In this document: positions 8,101 through 16,088 of the stretch, piece by piece
How the letters are laid out: each line of letters starts with the position of its first letter
Numbering within the stretch: position 1 is the first letter of the stretch
Source: Candidatus Shapirobacteria bacterium
GTDB lineage: Bacteria > Patescibacteriota > Microgenomatia > UBA12405
Direction: 5' to 3'
Length of the DNA: 64,000 bases
NCBI GenBank assembly: GCA_017991615.1
Contig: JAGOQF010000001.1
Coordinates: forward strand, 53,019 to 117,018
Notes under the pieces: generated by a model
Seen by the model: the letters and a program-made list of their open reading frames with translations, nothing else
Database searches by the model: none
What the model was told of the DNA's origin: nothing
Made by a program: the position numbers and the translations under genes

Positions 8101-8552
8101 TCGTAATTGTCGTTTAAAATTAATTGAGGAATCTCGCCTTCAATGCAGGCGCTGGTGCAAATTAAACCGTTACTATATTTTTTTAGAGTTTCCCAATCAA
8201 TACGAGGTTTATAGTAAAAGCCTTCGATATGGCTGATACTGACTAATTTCATTAAATTTTTGTAACCTTGTTGGTTTTTGGCTAATAAAATAAGGTGTTG
8301 GTTGTGGCGGTTGGTGGAAGTTTTGTCAAGACGACCGTTAGGAGCCAAATAAGTTTCACAACCAATAATAGGTTTGATGTCAGCTTTTTGACAAGCTTTA
8401 TAAAATTCGATGGCGCCGTACATATTGCCATGGTCGGTGATAGCCAAAGAATTCATTCCCATATCTTTGATAGTGGAGACAAGATTTTTGATTTTGTTTA
8501 AACCGTCTAAAAGAGAGTATTCGGTATGAACATGAAGATGAACAAAAGACAT
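5133..8552 (-). CDS. dnaE: DNA polymerase III alpha subunit
   Basis: N-terminal PHP domain (FVHLHVHTEYSLLDG), ~1139 aa, polymerase core motifs. Confidence 0.95.
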   Translation of the reverse strand: MSFVHLHVHTEYSLLDGLNKIKNLVSTIKDMGMNSLAITDHGNMYGAIEFYKACQKADIKPIIGCETYLAPNGRLDKTSTNRHNQHLILLAKNQQGYKNLMKLVSISHIEGFYYKPRIDWETLKKYSNGLICTSACIEGEIPQLILNDNYDQAKIRAKDFQNLFGEDYYLEIQRHPNLDGQEKANEGIIKISRELGIPLVATNDAHYLKKEDAFAQDVLMMINTQTTINDSKRLTMINIPDFYIKSPEEMAEQFADYPDALENTQKIADKCQLEIELGKWYFPKFKLPPNKTAEETLHDLVFQRAKKHYGKLTPEVKERLNYELNVINPKGYAAYFLIMYDFICWTEKHNTPTNTRGSAGGCLVAFVLGITSVDPLIYQLPFERFLNKDRPSPPDIDLDVADDKRQSMLYHIIEQYGQDAVAQICTFGRMMAKGAIRDTARVLGYEYAVGDRISKIIPLGSQGFPMSIDKALNTTPELKQMYDTDADAKKIIDTAKQIEGCARHISVHACAIVISPTTITDFSPVQTETGGDKPITQYEMHACEDVGLIKYDILGIRNLSFLGQSVLNVKKNRGLDIDIRKIPLDNQKTFDMLSSGNTMGVFQLAGEGMTKWIKELKPNRVEDLMAMVALYRPGPMAIIPEYIARKNDPSKVSYFDPKMEKFLQSSYGLLVYQDDCLYTAIELAGYNWVEVDKFRKAIGKKIPEEMAAQKEKFISGCIANGYTKTKAEEIFKLIEPFTSYGFNKAHAASYGMLAYRTAYMKANFPAEYMCALLTAESGDTETITDGVNECRHLGIIVNPPDINKSDSGFEMEKNPESLEGTAIRFGLSAIKNVGNAAIDNILAERNKNGPFLSVSDFCIRVDSQKVNKRVLESLIKVGALDQFGERNAILASLDKIRSDCEKLNSKKNSGQFSLFDSPHESGDKISAPPDQFLNVEPMSESQRLIMEKELIGVFVTENPINKILQPFLDLDLPKIEEISQKPNDSPIKTVAVIKKFKTILTKKNNAKMAFVTLEDETGSIEAVIFPKIYDKVSDLLEENKAVYIEGKINIRDDNPSILVDVLTNQVPENSSKYDFVINIPKTATQNQLMKLNSLLKNNPNGHRGLIILPNGKNLPLSYGVNYNQELQEQIDSILLSNPS

Positions 8553-8599
8553 AGATTAGTTTATCAAGTTACAGAGTTTAAAATAGATAAAGTTTTTGA

Positions 8600-9490
8600 T
8601 CAAAGCATTTGACTGAGAGCCTTGATCCGGTCTTCTATCGGGGGGTGGGTAGAAAACAAGCTGGCAATTTTATTGTTTTTAAAAGGATTACTAATATAAA
8701 GTGAGGTGGTGGCGGTGGAAGCGGTTTGCAGTTGATTATGGTCGGAGGAAATTTTAACGAGAGCATTGATAAGGCCTTTAGGTTGACGAGTAAGTTTAAC
8801 AGCGGAAGCGTCGGCAAGAAATTCGCGGCGGCGGGAAATGGCAAGTTGAATCAATTGAGCAATAATAGGAGCAAAGATAACTAGAATCATACCGATAATA
8901 CCCAGAAGACCATTTTCTTGTTTGTCGTCGTCGCGACGGCGGGAACCAGAAAAGAAAGAGTATCTAGTAGTAAAATCAATAAGGATAGATAAGCTGCCGA
9001 TTAAAACACTAACCAGGGTCATTAATAAGGTGTCATAATTTTTGATATGAGAGAGTTCGTGGGCAACAACACCTTCAAGTTCAGTGCGATTAAGTTCATT
9101 TAACAGACCGGTAGTGACACAAATAGAAGCATGTTGAGGGTTGCGACCGGTGGCAAAAGCATTTAGAGCGGGGCTGTCGATAACATAGGCTTTAGGAATT
9201 GGAGTCTGATTAACTTGGCTAAGATTTTCGACAACGGTATAAAGATCAAAATGGCTTTTTTTGTCGGCAGGTTTGGCGCCATTAAGGTTTAAAACCATCT
9301 TATCGCCGATAAAATAACTAGAAAGTGAAGAAATAATAGAGAAAATTAAGGCACCAATAATTAAACCGTTATCGAGATTAAAAGAAACAGTAATAAAATA
9401 AGCAGCAACTAAAATGAAGGCGACAAACAGAGTTAGAACAAACCCGGAACGGATCTTATTATTGTTTATTTGTTGATAAAAATTGGCCAT
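8600..9490 (-). CDS. htpX: M48 family zinc metalloprotease HtpX
   Basis: HELSH zinc motif in GVVAHELSHIKNYD, transmembrane segments, adjacent to lemA. Confidence 0.8.
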   Translation of the reverse strand: MANFYQQINNNKIRSGFVLTLFVAFILVAAYFITVSFNLDNGLIIGALIFSIISSLSSYFIGDKMVLNLNGAKPADKKSHFDLYTVVENLSQVNQTPIPKAYVIDSPALNAFATGRNPQHASICVTTGLLNELNRTELEGVVAHELSHIKNYDTLLMTLVSVLIGSLSILIDFTTRYSFFSGSRRRDDDKQENGLLGIIGMILVIFAPIIAQLIQLAISRRREFLADASAVKLTRQPKGLINALVKISSDHNQLQTASTATTSLYISNPFKNNKIASLFSTHPPIEDRIKALSQML

Positions 9491-10071
9491 TAGAGATTTA
9501 CTTTGGGATTTTTCATATCTTCTGAGGAGACTTCAAGTTGATTTTTGTCATCAGGAGTATTTAATCCCTTTTCTTCTTTGAAGCCGAATATTTGAGCCAC
9601 CCAGACACCAGGAATGGTAACAATGGCAGTATTGTAGTCGGCGCTGAGATCAATTAAGGTTCGACGAGCATACATAAGTTTATCGGCGGTGTCGCGGAGT
9701 TCGTCCATGAGATTATTAACCAGACCGGAGGTTTGAATTTGAGGGTTACTTTCAACGACAACTTTGAGTCCTGACAAAGCTTTGTTTAGGCTGGCTTGAG
9801 CTTTATCAATAAATTTTGGGTCGTTATTGTTAATGGCGGATTCAATTGATTTTCTAGCATCAGTTAATTGGTCAAAAATACCTTTTTCGTGTTTCATATA
9901 ACCTTTGACAGAGTCGACCAGATTGGGAATAAGGTTTGCTTGACGTTTGAGTTGATTGCCAATTTCCTGAACGGAGGCTTTGATGAGAACCTGGAGACGT
10001 TTGAGTTTGTTGTAAAAAGAAACTAAAACAAGAGTCAGGATAATAATGATGCCTAAGAGATAAAATATCAT
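9490..10071 (-). CDS. lemA: LemA family protein
   Basis: N-terminal TM helix plus QLKRQANLIPNLVDSVKGYMKHEK matches the LemA consensus. Confidence 0.8.
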   Translation of the reverse strand: MIFYLLGIIIILTLVLVSFYNKLKRLQVLIKASVQEIGNQLKRQANLIPNLVDSVKGYMKHEKGIFDQLTDARKSIESAINNNDPKFIDKAQASLNKALSGLKVVVESNPQIQTSGLVNNLMDELRDTADKLMYARRTLIDLSADYNTAIVTIPGVWVAQIFGFKEEKGLNTPDDKNQLEVSSEDMKNPKVNL

Positions 10072-11126
10072 TTTTTAGATTTAATCTTTAACAATTGATT
10101 ATAGCATTTTTGAGCGGTTTCGATTTCGGTAGTGCCGGTCCGATTTTGGGGTGGAATAAAACAAAGTTTGAGAAAATTATATAATTTTTCTTCGGAAGTA
10201 AATGTATTGATCTTACCGGTTTTAAGGTCTTTTATACCGTATTCTGAAATTGATAAACCTAAAGACAGGGCATATTTCCTCAAAAGAATATTATGTTGTT
10301 TGGAGCCGGTAAAATGTTGAACCAGAGAATAAAAGTTTTTTGACGGTTGGATCATAAGATCAACTCTGATATCAGGATAAATTCTGATGGAAGCTTTTTT
10401 GGGTCCGCGGTTGATGGTTTGAATATTTTTGGGGTAAGTCAAAAAATAATCCAAAATATCTTTGGTTTGGGTTGATTTGGCAGCTAAATCAATATCACCG
10501 ACGGTTTTGGTTTGACGGCGAAGGCTTCCCAGAGCTTCGATTTCAATGTGAGGAAATTTTTTATGTAAATAATTAATGATTTTATCAGCGGCAGTTTTGG
10601 CTTCTTGATAGCTTAGACGGCGGTGACGACCTAAAAAAGCCAAGGTGTTATCTAAAATCATTTTTTCTGATTTAATGCCAAACCTAGGTAAATTTCTGAT
10701 TTTGCCTTTTTGGGCATAAATTGTTAGTTGATTTAGAGCTTTGATGGGATCTTGGGAAAATTTAAGTTTTTTGGTTAGGGTGTGGGCGATTTTGGGACCG
10801 ATGCCATTGATTTTGGTAAAAGTAAAAACTATGGGAGAAATATTTTTGAAGGCACGGATAATGTGGGGATGAAGTTTACCAGTTTCAAACAAATAAACGA
10901 TTTTGGAAAAGATATTGGGACCAATACCAGGGATATCATCCAGTAGTTTGGGATCTTTTTGCCAGAGGGAGTGGACTGATTTTGGGTAGGTTAAAATAGT
11001 GTCGGCGGCATCTTGATAGGAGCGGATTCGAAAAAAGTTTTTATTTTTGATTTCGTAGGCGGTGGCAATATTTTGGAGAATTTCGGCGATTTCAGCGTTG
11101 GAATAAATCTTTTTGATTTTGGTCAT
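10068..11126 (-). CDS. Family X DNA polymerase (Pol beta-like core, no PHP domain)
   Basis: HhH motifs (IPGIGPNI, INGIGPKIA) and nucleotidyltransferase motif GSLRRQTKTVGDIDL. Confidence 0.7.
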   Translation of the reverse strand: MTKIKKIYSNAEIAEILQNIATAYEIKNKNFFRIRSYQDAADTILTYPKSVHSLWQKDPKLLDDIPGIGPNIFSKIVYLFETGKLHPHIIRAFKNISPIVFTFTKINGIGPKIAHTLTKKLKFSQDPIKALNQLTIYAQKGKIRNLPRFGIKSEKMILDNTLAFLGRHRRLSYQEAKTAADKIINYLHKKFPHIEIEALGSLRRQTKTVGDIDLAAKSTQTKDILDYFLTYPKNIQTINRGPKKASIRIYPDIRVDLMIQPSKNFYSLVQHFTGSKQHNILLRKYALSLGLSISEYGIKDLKTGKINTFTSEEKLYNFLKLCFIPPQNRTGTTEIETAQKCYNQLLKIKSKK

Positions 11127-11188
11127 AATTGATTATAACGTTGTTTAAAAAGGAAGTTTTTGGTATATTAACAGAAGTTTTAGACCAA

Positions 11189-11265
11189 GGGCTCGTGGTG
11201 CAGCGGTCTAGCACATCCGCCTGTCACGCGGAAGATCGTGGGTTCGAATCCCATCGGGCCCGCCA
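11189..11265 (+). tRNA. tRNA-Asp (anticodon GTC), CCA encoded
   Basis: Cloverleaf: acceptor gggctcg/cgggccc, anticodon stem tccgc/gcgga with loop ctGTCac, T-arm gtggg-ttcgaat-cccat. Confidence 0.85.
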
Positions 11266-12714
11266 TACTGAAAAATCGTCATTTTTCCCCATATTTTCGA
11301 GATAAGAAAATGGTTGTTTATACGTAACCTTTTGAAGTTTTTGATTTTCTATTGTAGCGTTCCAAAGTGTTGATTTTAGTAAATTGTCTTTTACTTCCCT
11401 ATCGCCAGAGTCATACATTTTTTTGAGGGAAATAGCGGTGTTTTTAAATTTTTTTAAAAGTTCCAAGATTGTATTAAGGTCATTAAATTTTGAGTGGTTT
11501 TTTTGATTTTCAAGTGCGGTAATTTCAGTTTCAATTTCTAGTTTTTTACTATCGTAAGTTTGGTTGTCAATTTGTTGGTTTAGTAATAAATCAAGTAGTC
11601 TATTTTTCTTTTTATTCAAATTATTAATTTGATTGTCGATGGTTTGATCAATGATGGTTTTATTTGAATTTCCTCTTTTTAGATCGTCTATGTATAGATT
11701 TAAAGATAATTCTGCTATTTCTGGGTCTATGGTGATTTTAGACATAATTTGGGACATGAGAATATCAACGGATTTTTCGGTTAGGTATTTTAGGTGTTGA
11801 TCACAATTGTGACGACTGTTAGTGCAGTAGTAGTAAACGTGTTTTCCCTTTTTTATGGTGGCAGTTAATTTACAGTTACATTTATTACAGGTCAGATAAT
11901 TGCTAAAGAGAAAATTATGTTTTTGTTTTTTTTGGTGATTGCTTCTATTTAACAGATATTGTGCTTTAGTAAATAGAGATCTGGAAATTAAAGGTTTAAA
12001 GCTACCTTGATATTCTTTACCCTTGCTGACTATTATGCCACAGTAAAGAGGATTGGTTAGAATTCGGTGAATTACTGACCTGTGGACCTTTTTGTTAGCT
12101 CTGTAGGTTCTAAAACCCTCTAAATAAAGTTTATTAGTGATTTGGCTAATAGAATAATCGCCGGTGGTGTAAAGTTTAAAGATTTCTTTAATGAAATGTG
12201 AATTATTTTTGTTGGGAATAATATTCCCGTTTTTGTTTTTGTAGCCAAGAGGAGCAGGGGCGCCGTATTCACCTTTTTTAAGTTTGGTTTCAATCCCCTC
12301 TTTAACTCTTTGTGAAAGATTTCGAGAATAATATGTTGCTGAAGCTAACTCAATTCCCATCATAAACATATCGTTGGGAGTATTGTAGGTTTTTGCAGGA
12401 GTTCTGATTTCTTTAATGATACCCAAATCATGTAATTTGCTTATCTGTCCTGCTTCTATCCAATTTCGACTAATTCGGTCTATATGACAGACAAGAAGAC
12501 CTTCGGCTTCTCCTTTTTGAAATTTGTCTAACATTTTTTCAAACTCAGGTCTATTACCGTCATCTTTAGCACTTTTAGTTTCAATAAAAGTTTCAATTAT
12601 TTCGAGATTATTGGTTTTAGAAAATTCGTTGAGAATTCTTTTTTGGGTTTCTATTGATTGAGTTTGATGTGACTCGTCCTCTGATGATTTTCGACAGTAG
12701 GAAAAATATTTCAT
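11224..12714 (-). CDS. Large serine recombinase (resolvase-domain N-terminus, recombinase domain, zinc-ribbon region). Its 3' end runs antisense into tRNA-Asp.
   Basis: N-terminus YCRKSSEDESHQ...SIETQ (catalytic Ser region), ~496 aa, Cys cluster (CNKCNCK...C). Confidence 0.75.
   Translation of the reverse strand: MKYFSYCRKSSEDESHQTQSIETQKRILNEFSKTNNLEIIETFIETKSAKDDGNRPEFEKMLDKFQKGEAEGLLVCHIDRISRNWIEAGQISKLHDLGIIKEIRTPAKTYNTPNDMFMMGIELASATYYSRNLSQRVKEGIETKLKKGEYGAPAPLGYKNKNGNIIPNKNNSHFIKEIFKLYTTGDYSISQITNKLYLEGFRTYRANKKVHRSVIHRILTNPLYCGIIVSKGKEYQGSFKPLISRSLFTKAQYLLNRSNHQKKQKHNFLFSNYLTCNKCNCKLTATIKKGKHVYYYCTNSRHNCDQHLKYLTEKSVDILMSQIMSKITIDPEIAELSLNLYIDDLKRGNSNKTIIDQTIDNQINNLNKKKNRLLDLLLNQQIDNQTYDSKKLEIETEITALENQKNHSKFNDLNTILELLKKFKNTAISLKKMYDSGDREVKDNLLKSTLWNATIENQKLQKVTYKQPFSYLENMGKNDDFSVWRARWDSNPRSSA
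11259..11591. repeat. Left 333-bp direct repeat (contains the 3' end of the recombinase gene)
   Basis: Identical to 15882-16213 at every position compared. Confidence 0.85.
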
Positions 12715-13578
12715 TTAGATTGCTTCTTTTATATAAAACCTAGTATATTTTACATTACCGTTGAATTGACTTGTATATTCACTTTTGAAGTAAGGGGTAA
12801 TCTTTTTTTGATTTAACCTTTCAATTATTTTTTCAGCGAAATCTCCATATTTAATTTTAGGTTTCTTAAGTCCTTTAGAAGTAAAAAAGGATCTTCTTCC
12901 ATAAAGTCTTGGATCATTGCTATTTTTAGTTAAATATTTAGTAAAATAGCTTCCCATTCCTTCGATATAATAGATATCTTTGAGTTTAATAAAACCATAT
13001 TTCCAAAGTTTTTTAACGATTTTTTTCTCAATAAAAGGAACGTTGATTATTAGATGGTAATGAACAGCTCCTCTTTTTTGAAATTCTGGAACAGCTAAGT
13101 ATTTTAAATTTAAATTTTTAAAATTATTTTTAAGACTTACCATAAAATTATGAAACTTGAGGTTACAAATTTTTAAATCAGTAATGTCGAAATTATTTTT
13201 ATTATCAAAAGTTAATGTGAGAAAAACAGAATCTTTATTGAAATTTGATTCAATCAATCTTCTTACTTGACCAATAACTCTAGTTTTAGTTCGTTCTCTG
13301 TATTCCTCTTTTCTGCTAATAAAAACATCAAAATCATATGGTCGTGGTTCTCTATTTTTCTTTACTTTTTCTTTTGGTGGTTTGTTTATAAGTAATGGTT
13401 TTTCATATTGGTAAATTTCGATATGATGACCACAAAGGATAACTTTAGTATTTACCGATGTAATTGGATCTGTTTTATAAATTACATCGAATATTTTTTT
13501 CTTATTTGTGACGGTATAATCAAGTCTAGGGTTGAGACTCTTTGGACTGGCGCCAGAAATTTTGTTTCGAATGCTCAT
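12715..13578 (-). CDS. Rolling-circle replication initiator (HUH endonuclease, pC194/pUB110-like Rep)
   Basis: Motif 1 FLTLTFD, motif 2 HYHLIINVP (HUH), motif 3 YFTKYLTK (catalytic Tyr). Start chosen at MSIRNK with AGGAGG RBS 5 nt upstream. Confidence 0.7.
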   Translation of the reverse strand: MSIRNKISGASPKSLNPRLDYTVTNKKKIFDVIYKTDPITSVNTKVILCGHHIEIYQYEKPLLINKPPKEKVKKNREPRPYDFDVFISRKEEYRERTKTRVIGQVRRLIESNFNKDSVFLTLTFDNKNNFDITDLKICNLKFHNFMVSLKNNFKNLNLKYLAVPEFQKRGAVHYHLIINVPFIEKKIVKKLWKYGFIKLKDIYYIEGMGSYFTKYLTKNSNDPRLYGRRSFFTSKGLKKPKIKYGDFAEKIIERLNQKKITPYFKSEYTSQFNGNVKYTRFYIKEAI

Positions 13579-13733
13579 TTGAACCTCCTTTTTTTGAATG
13601 AGGAGATACAAATGGCTTTACCTAAATAAATTAAGGATTGTCTACATTCTTCAAAATCTTTTTTCGACAGATTAATCTCTGGGAATCGATCTTTGAATAT
13701 TTGTCTTAATTTTTCTTCTGCCAATACTGACAT
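13575..13733 (-). CDS. 52-aa ORF (MSVLAEEKLRQIFKDRF...) translationally coupled to rep by an ATGA overlap
   Basis: Open frame by manual translation. Stop overlaps the rep start; too short for the ORF track. Function unknown. Confidence 0.3.
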   Translation of the reverse strand: MSVLAEEKLRQIFKDRFPEINLSKKDFEECRQSLIYLGKAICISSFKKRRFK

Positions 13734-13815
13734 GACGGAAGAATAAGAGCTTTACTAGGGGTAGCTTCAAACTGTTTTTTTATTCGTAATTTGGGGTATG
13801 AAAAGGGGGTAGTTT

Positions 13816-14646
13816 TTAGAGTGTTGTTAGAAGATAAACTTTTTTATTTTCATCGTGTTTTATCGTAAGTTTTATATTTTTGATTCTATTTTTTATTTGA
13901 CGAATATTGGTTTTAAAAAGATAATGATTCATTTCGAGTTTTTTTCTAATGTCTTTTGAACTAATACCTTGATTATTTTTAATCAGTAATTTAATTATTT
14001 TTAATCTTATACTGCCTTTTTTAAAGGTTATCTCTTTTTTATTAAACGATAAGATGTTGTTCTTTAAACGAATTCCATTTGTTTTGATTGGTGAATATTG
14101 TGATTTTTGTTTTTCTAAAGCCTTGTCTGTTTCTTCTAAAATAAACTCAATTCTAGTTGGTATCGGAAATTTTTTACTACCGTTTATAGCAAACAAAGTT
14201 TCTATATCTCCTTGAAAATTTAAGTAATTTGCTCGATTATTTACCCAATTACCAATCATAGTTTTTGGATCTCCTAATAAGTTAGGAATCTCATCGAAGG
14301 TTATATCTTTATCCATTATTTGACTTAGGAACTTACCTCTCTTAAAGCCAATTTCTTTTAATACAAATAGAAATAGAGGATAGGCTATGTTAATATCTCG
14401 ATTTGGTTTAATAAATATGTTTTGATTATCTTTTAGAACACAATCTAAAATTTCTATTGTTTTTGAAAGTATTAATTTGTATATAAATAAGTATTGTTGG
14501 TATGTAAATTTACATTTTGTATAGATTTTTGTATTGCAAAGTGTTGCCATTGACTTATCATTTTTAGGGATTGTTGTTAATAAGAGATCGACTGTTTTTG
14601 GGGTCCATCCAGTGGTTAATATTTGATTTATGTAGGATTTAAGCAT
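13816..14646 (-). CDS. Hypothetical protein (276 aa) with a basic, possibly DNA-binding C-terminus
   Basis: Long ORF within the element. No family recognised. Confidence 0.4.
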   Translation of the reverse strand: MLKSYINQILTTGWTPKTVDLLLTTIPKNDKSMATLCNTKIYTKCKFTYQQYLFIYKLILSKTIEILDCVLKDNQNIFIKPNRDINIAYPLFLFVLKEIGFKRGKFLSQIMDKDITFDEIPNLLGDPKTMIGNWVNNRANYLNFQGDIETLFAINGSKKFPIPTRIEFILEETDKALEKQKSQYSPIKTNGIRLKNNILSFNKKEITFKKGSIRLKIIKLLIKNNQGISSKDIRKKLEMNHYLFKTNIRQIKNRIKNIKLTIKHDENKKVYLLTTL

Positions 14647-14723
14647 GGATAAATTATATCAAAGGGTATCATTGTGCCCATAGACTCCATAAGCAATAAA
14701 GTGTTTCCGTTGGCTTTTATAAA

Positions 14724-14802
14724 TCACCCCAACCCAAAGTCGTATTATCTCACGCCGTCCGGCGCGGCCGGACGTGAGGACGACTTTTAAGGTTGGGGGT
14801 GA
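14724..14802. other. GC-rich 79-nt imperfect palindrome with nested core hairpin gtccggc-gcg-gccggac. Candidate replication origin / nick-site hairpin, or regulatory structure.
   Basis: Arms tcaccccaacccaaagtcg...ctcacg and cgtgag...cgacttttaaggttgggggtga are reverse-complementary with bulges. Local GC far above the flanks. Confidence 0.5.
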
Positions 14803-14815
14803 GTTTAGGGAGAAA

Positions 14816-15028
14816 TTAAGAAAACAAATCTCTGATGTTGGTTTTTAGGGCTTTAGCTAATTTATCAATTGTATTTAATGTTGGATTTCTTTTGCCGTTT
14901 TCAATAGCTACTACTGTTCTAGGATCTCTGTAAATTTTCTCTGCCAATTGTTCTTGTGATAATCCGTTTTCTTTTCTTAATTCTCTAATTCTTTCGCCAA
15001 ACTTCTGATAAATATTTGCCATTGACAC
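14816..15028 (-). CDS. XRE-family helix-turn-helix transcriptional regulator
   Basis: IRELRKENGLSQEQLAEKI...RTVVAIENGKRNPTLNTIDKLAKAL matches the Cro/C1 HTH. Confidence 0.8.
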   Translation of the reverse strand: MSMANIYQKFGERIRELRKENGLSQEQLAEKIYRDPRTVVAIENGKRNPTLNTIDKLAKALKTNIRDLFS

Positions 15029-15088
15029 AATCTGACATAAATGTCACTATTACAACAGGAAATATATTTCGTATTTTTATATTAAATT

Positions 15089-15829
15089 ATGGTATTTAAG
15101 GAAATTAATACTAAAAATATACCGCATATAAATTCCCTACTTGAAAGATTGAATGAGTTTAATATGTCTGAAGTTGAAAAGATTCAAAGACAGACATTTT
15201 TAAACTGGATAAAGAAACTAAAGTTATCTAAAAATTCAATTGTTTTATCTGTGTCTGTTGGGAATGGTATTTGGGATTATTTGGCTTTTTTACATAATAA
15301 AACTATTAGAAAAATAGTAGCGACAGATGTGATTGAAAATCCAGTTAGAAAAAATGATGTTGAAATTTTAAGAAGAATTGGAGATTGGAAATTTAAAAGA
15401 GTAATCCCAGAGGGAAAACTACCGTTTAAAAGTAATTCGTTTGATTTAATTTTTCATCAAGATGTGATTGAACATACTAAGAAACCTCATTTATTTTTAT
15501 CGGAGCAATTTAGGGTTTTAAAAAAGGATGGGTTTTTGATATTTGGAACTCCAAATTTATTAAGACCAGCTAATATAATTAAATTAATTTTTAATAAACT
15601 ACATTTTCCTGTCACTTTAGGATCTACGATTGAATTGGGAGATTGCACTCATATTCAAGAATTTAACTCCCAACAAATTGTAGTTATGTTGAAGGAAATA
15701 GGATTTAAAGATATTGAAGTTAAAAATTGTTTTTTTGGTATTCATTTATTGAATATAGTGTTTAAGGATTATTTGAGAAAAGATAATTGCAATTTATGTC
15801 ATTTTTTAATGTTTAAGTGTAAAAAATAA
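15089..15829 (+). CDS. Class I SAM-dependent methyltransferase
   Basis: Motif I-like VLSVSVGNGIWD, motif post-I VATDV, and FDLIF...LKKDGFLIFGTPN. Confidence 0.6.
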   Translation: MVFKEINTKNIPHINSLLERLNEFNMSEVEKIQRQTFLNWIKKLKLSKNSIVLSVSVGNGIWDYLAFLHNKTIRKIVATDVIENPVRKNDVEILRRIGDWKFKRVIPEGKLPFKSNSFDLIFHQDVIEHTKKPHLFLSEQFRVLKKDGFLIFGTPNLLRPANIIKLIFNKLHFPVTLGSTIELGDCTHIQEFNSQQIVVMLKEIGFKDIEVKNCFFGIHLLNIVFKDYLRKDNCNLCHFLMFKCKK

Positions 15830-15836
15830 TTTATAT

Positions 15837-16088
15837 CTATTTGTTTACAAATAAATCTATTCTAATTTTGTCCCATATTGTCCGCCATACTGAAAAATCG
15901 TCATTTTTCCCCATATTTTCGAGATAAGAAAATGGTTGTTTATACGTAACCTTTTGAAGTTTTTGATTTTCTATTGTAGCGTTCCAAAGTGTTGATTTTA
16001 GTAAATTGTCTTTTACTTCCCTATCGCCAGAGTCATACATTTTTTTGAGGGAAATAGCGGTGTTTTTAAATTTTTTTAAAAGTTCCAA
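15837..16088 (-). pseudogene. Duplicate of the 3' end of the serine recombinase gene (inside the right direct repeat)
   Basis: Translation ELLKKFKNTAISLKKMYDSGDREVKDN...DDFSVWR is identical to the C-terminus of 11224..12714. Confidence 0.75.

Noticed and set aside
5434-8501. Multiple 60-110-aa plus-strand ORFs inside dnaE
   Set aside because: These are antisense frames within a long, well-supported coding gene, with low-complexity translations.
11224-11265. Recombinase 3' end overlapping tRNA-Asp, considered as evidence of a frameshifted gene
   Set aside because: The ORF simply reads through antisense to the tRNA until the first stop. The functional C-terminus probably ends near the repeat boundary, and overlap with att/tRNA is common for integrase genes.
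14724-14802. GC-rich palindrome as a Rho-independent terminator for the XRE gene
   Set aside because: No U/T-tract follows the hairpin on either strand, and the stem is far longer than typical terminators. The origin / regulatory hairpin interpretation is preferred.
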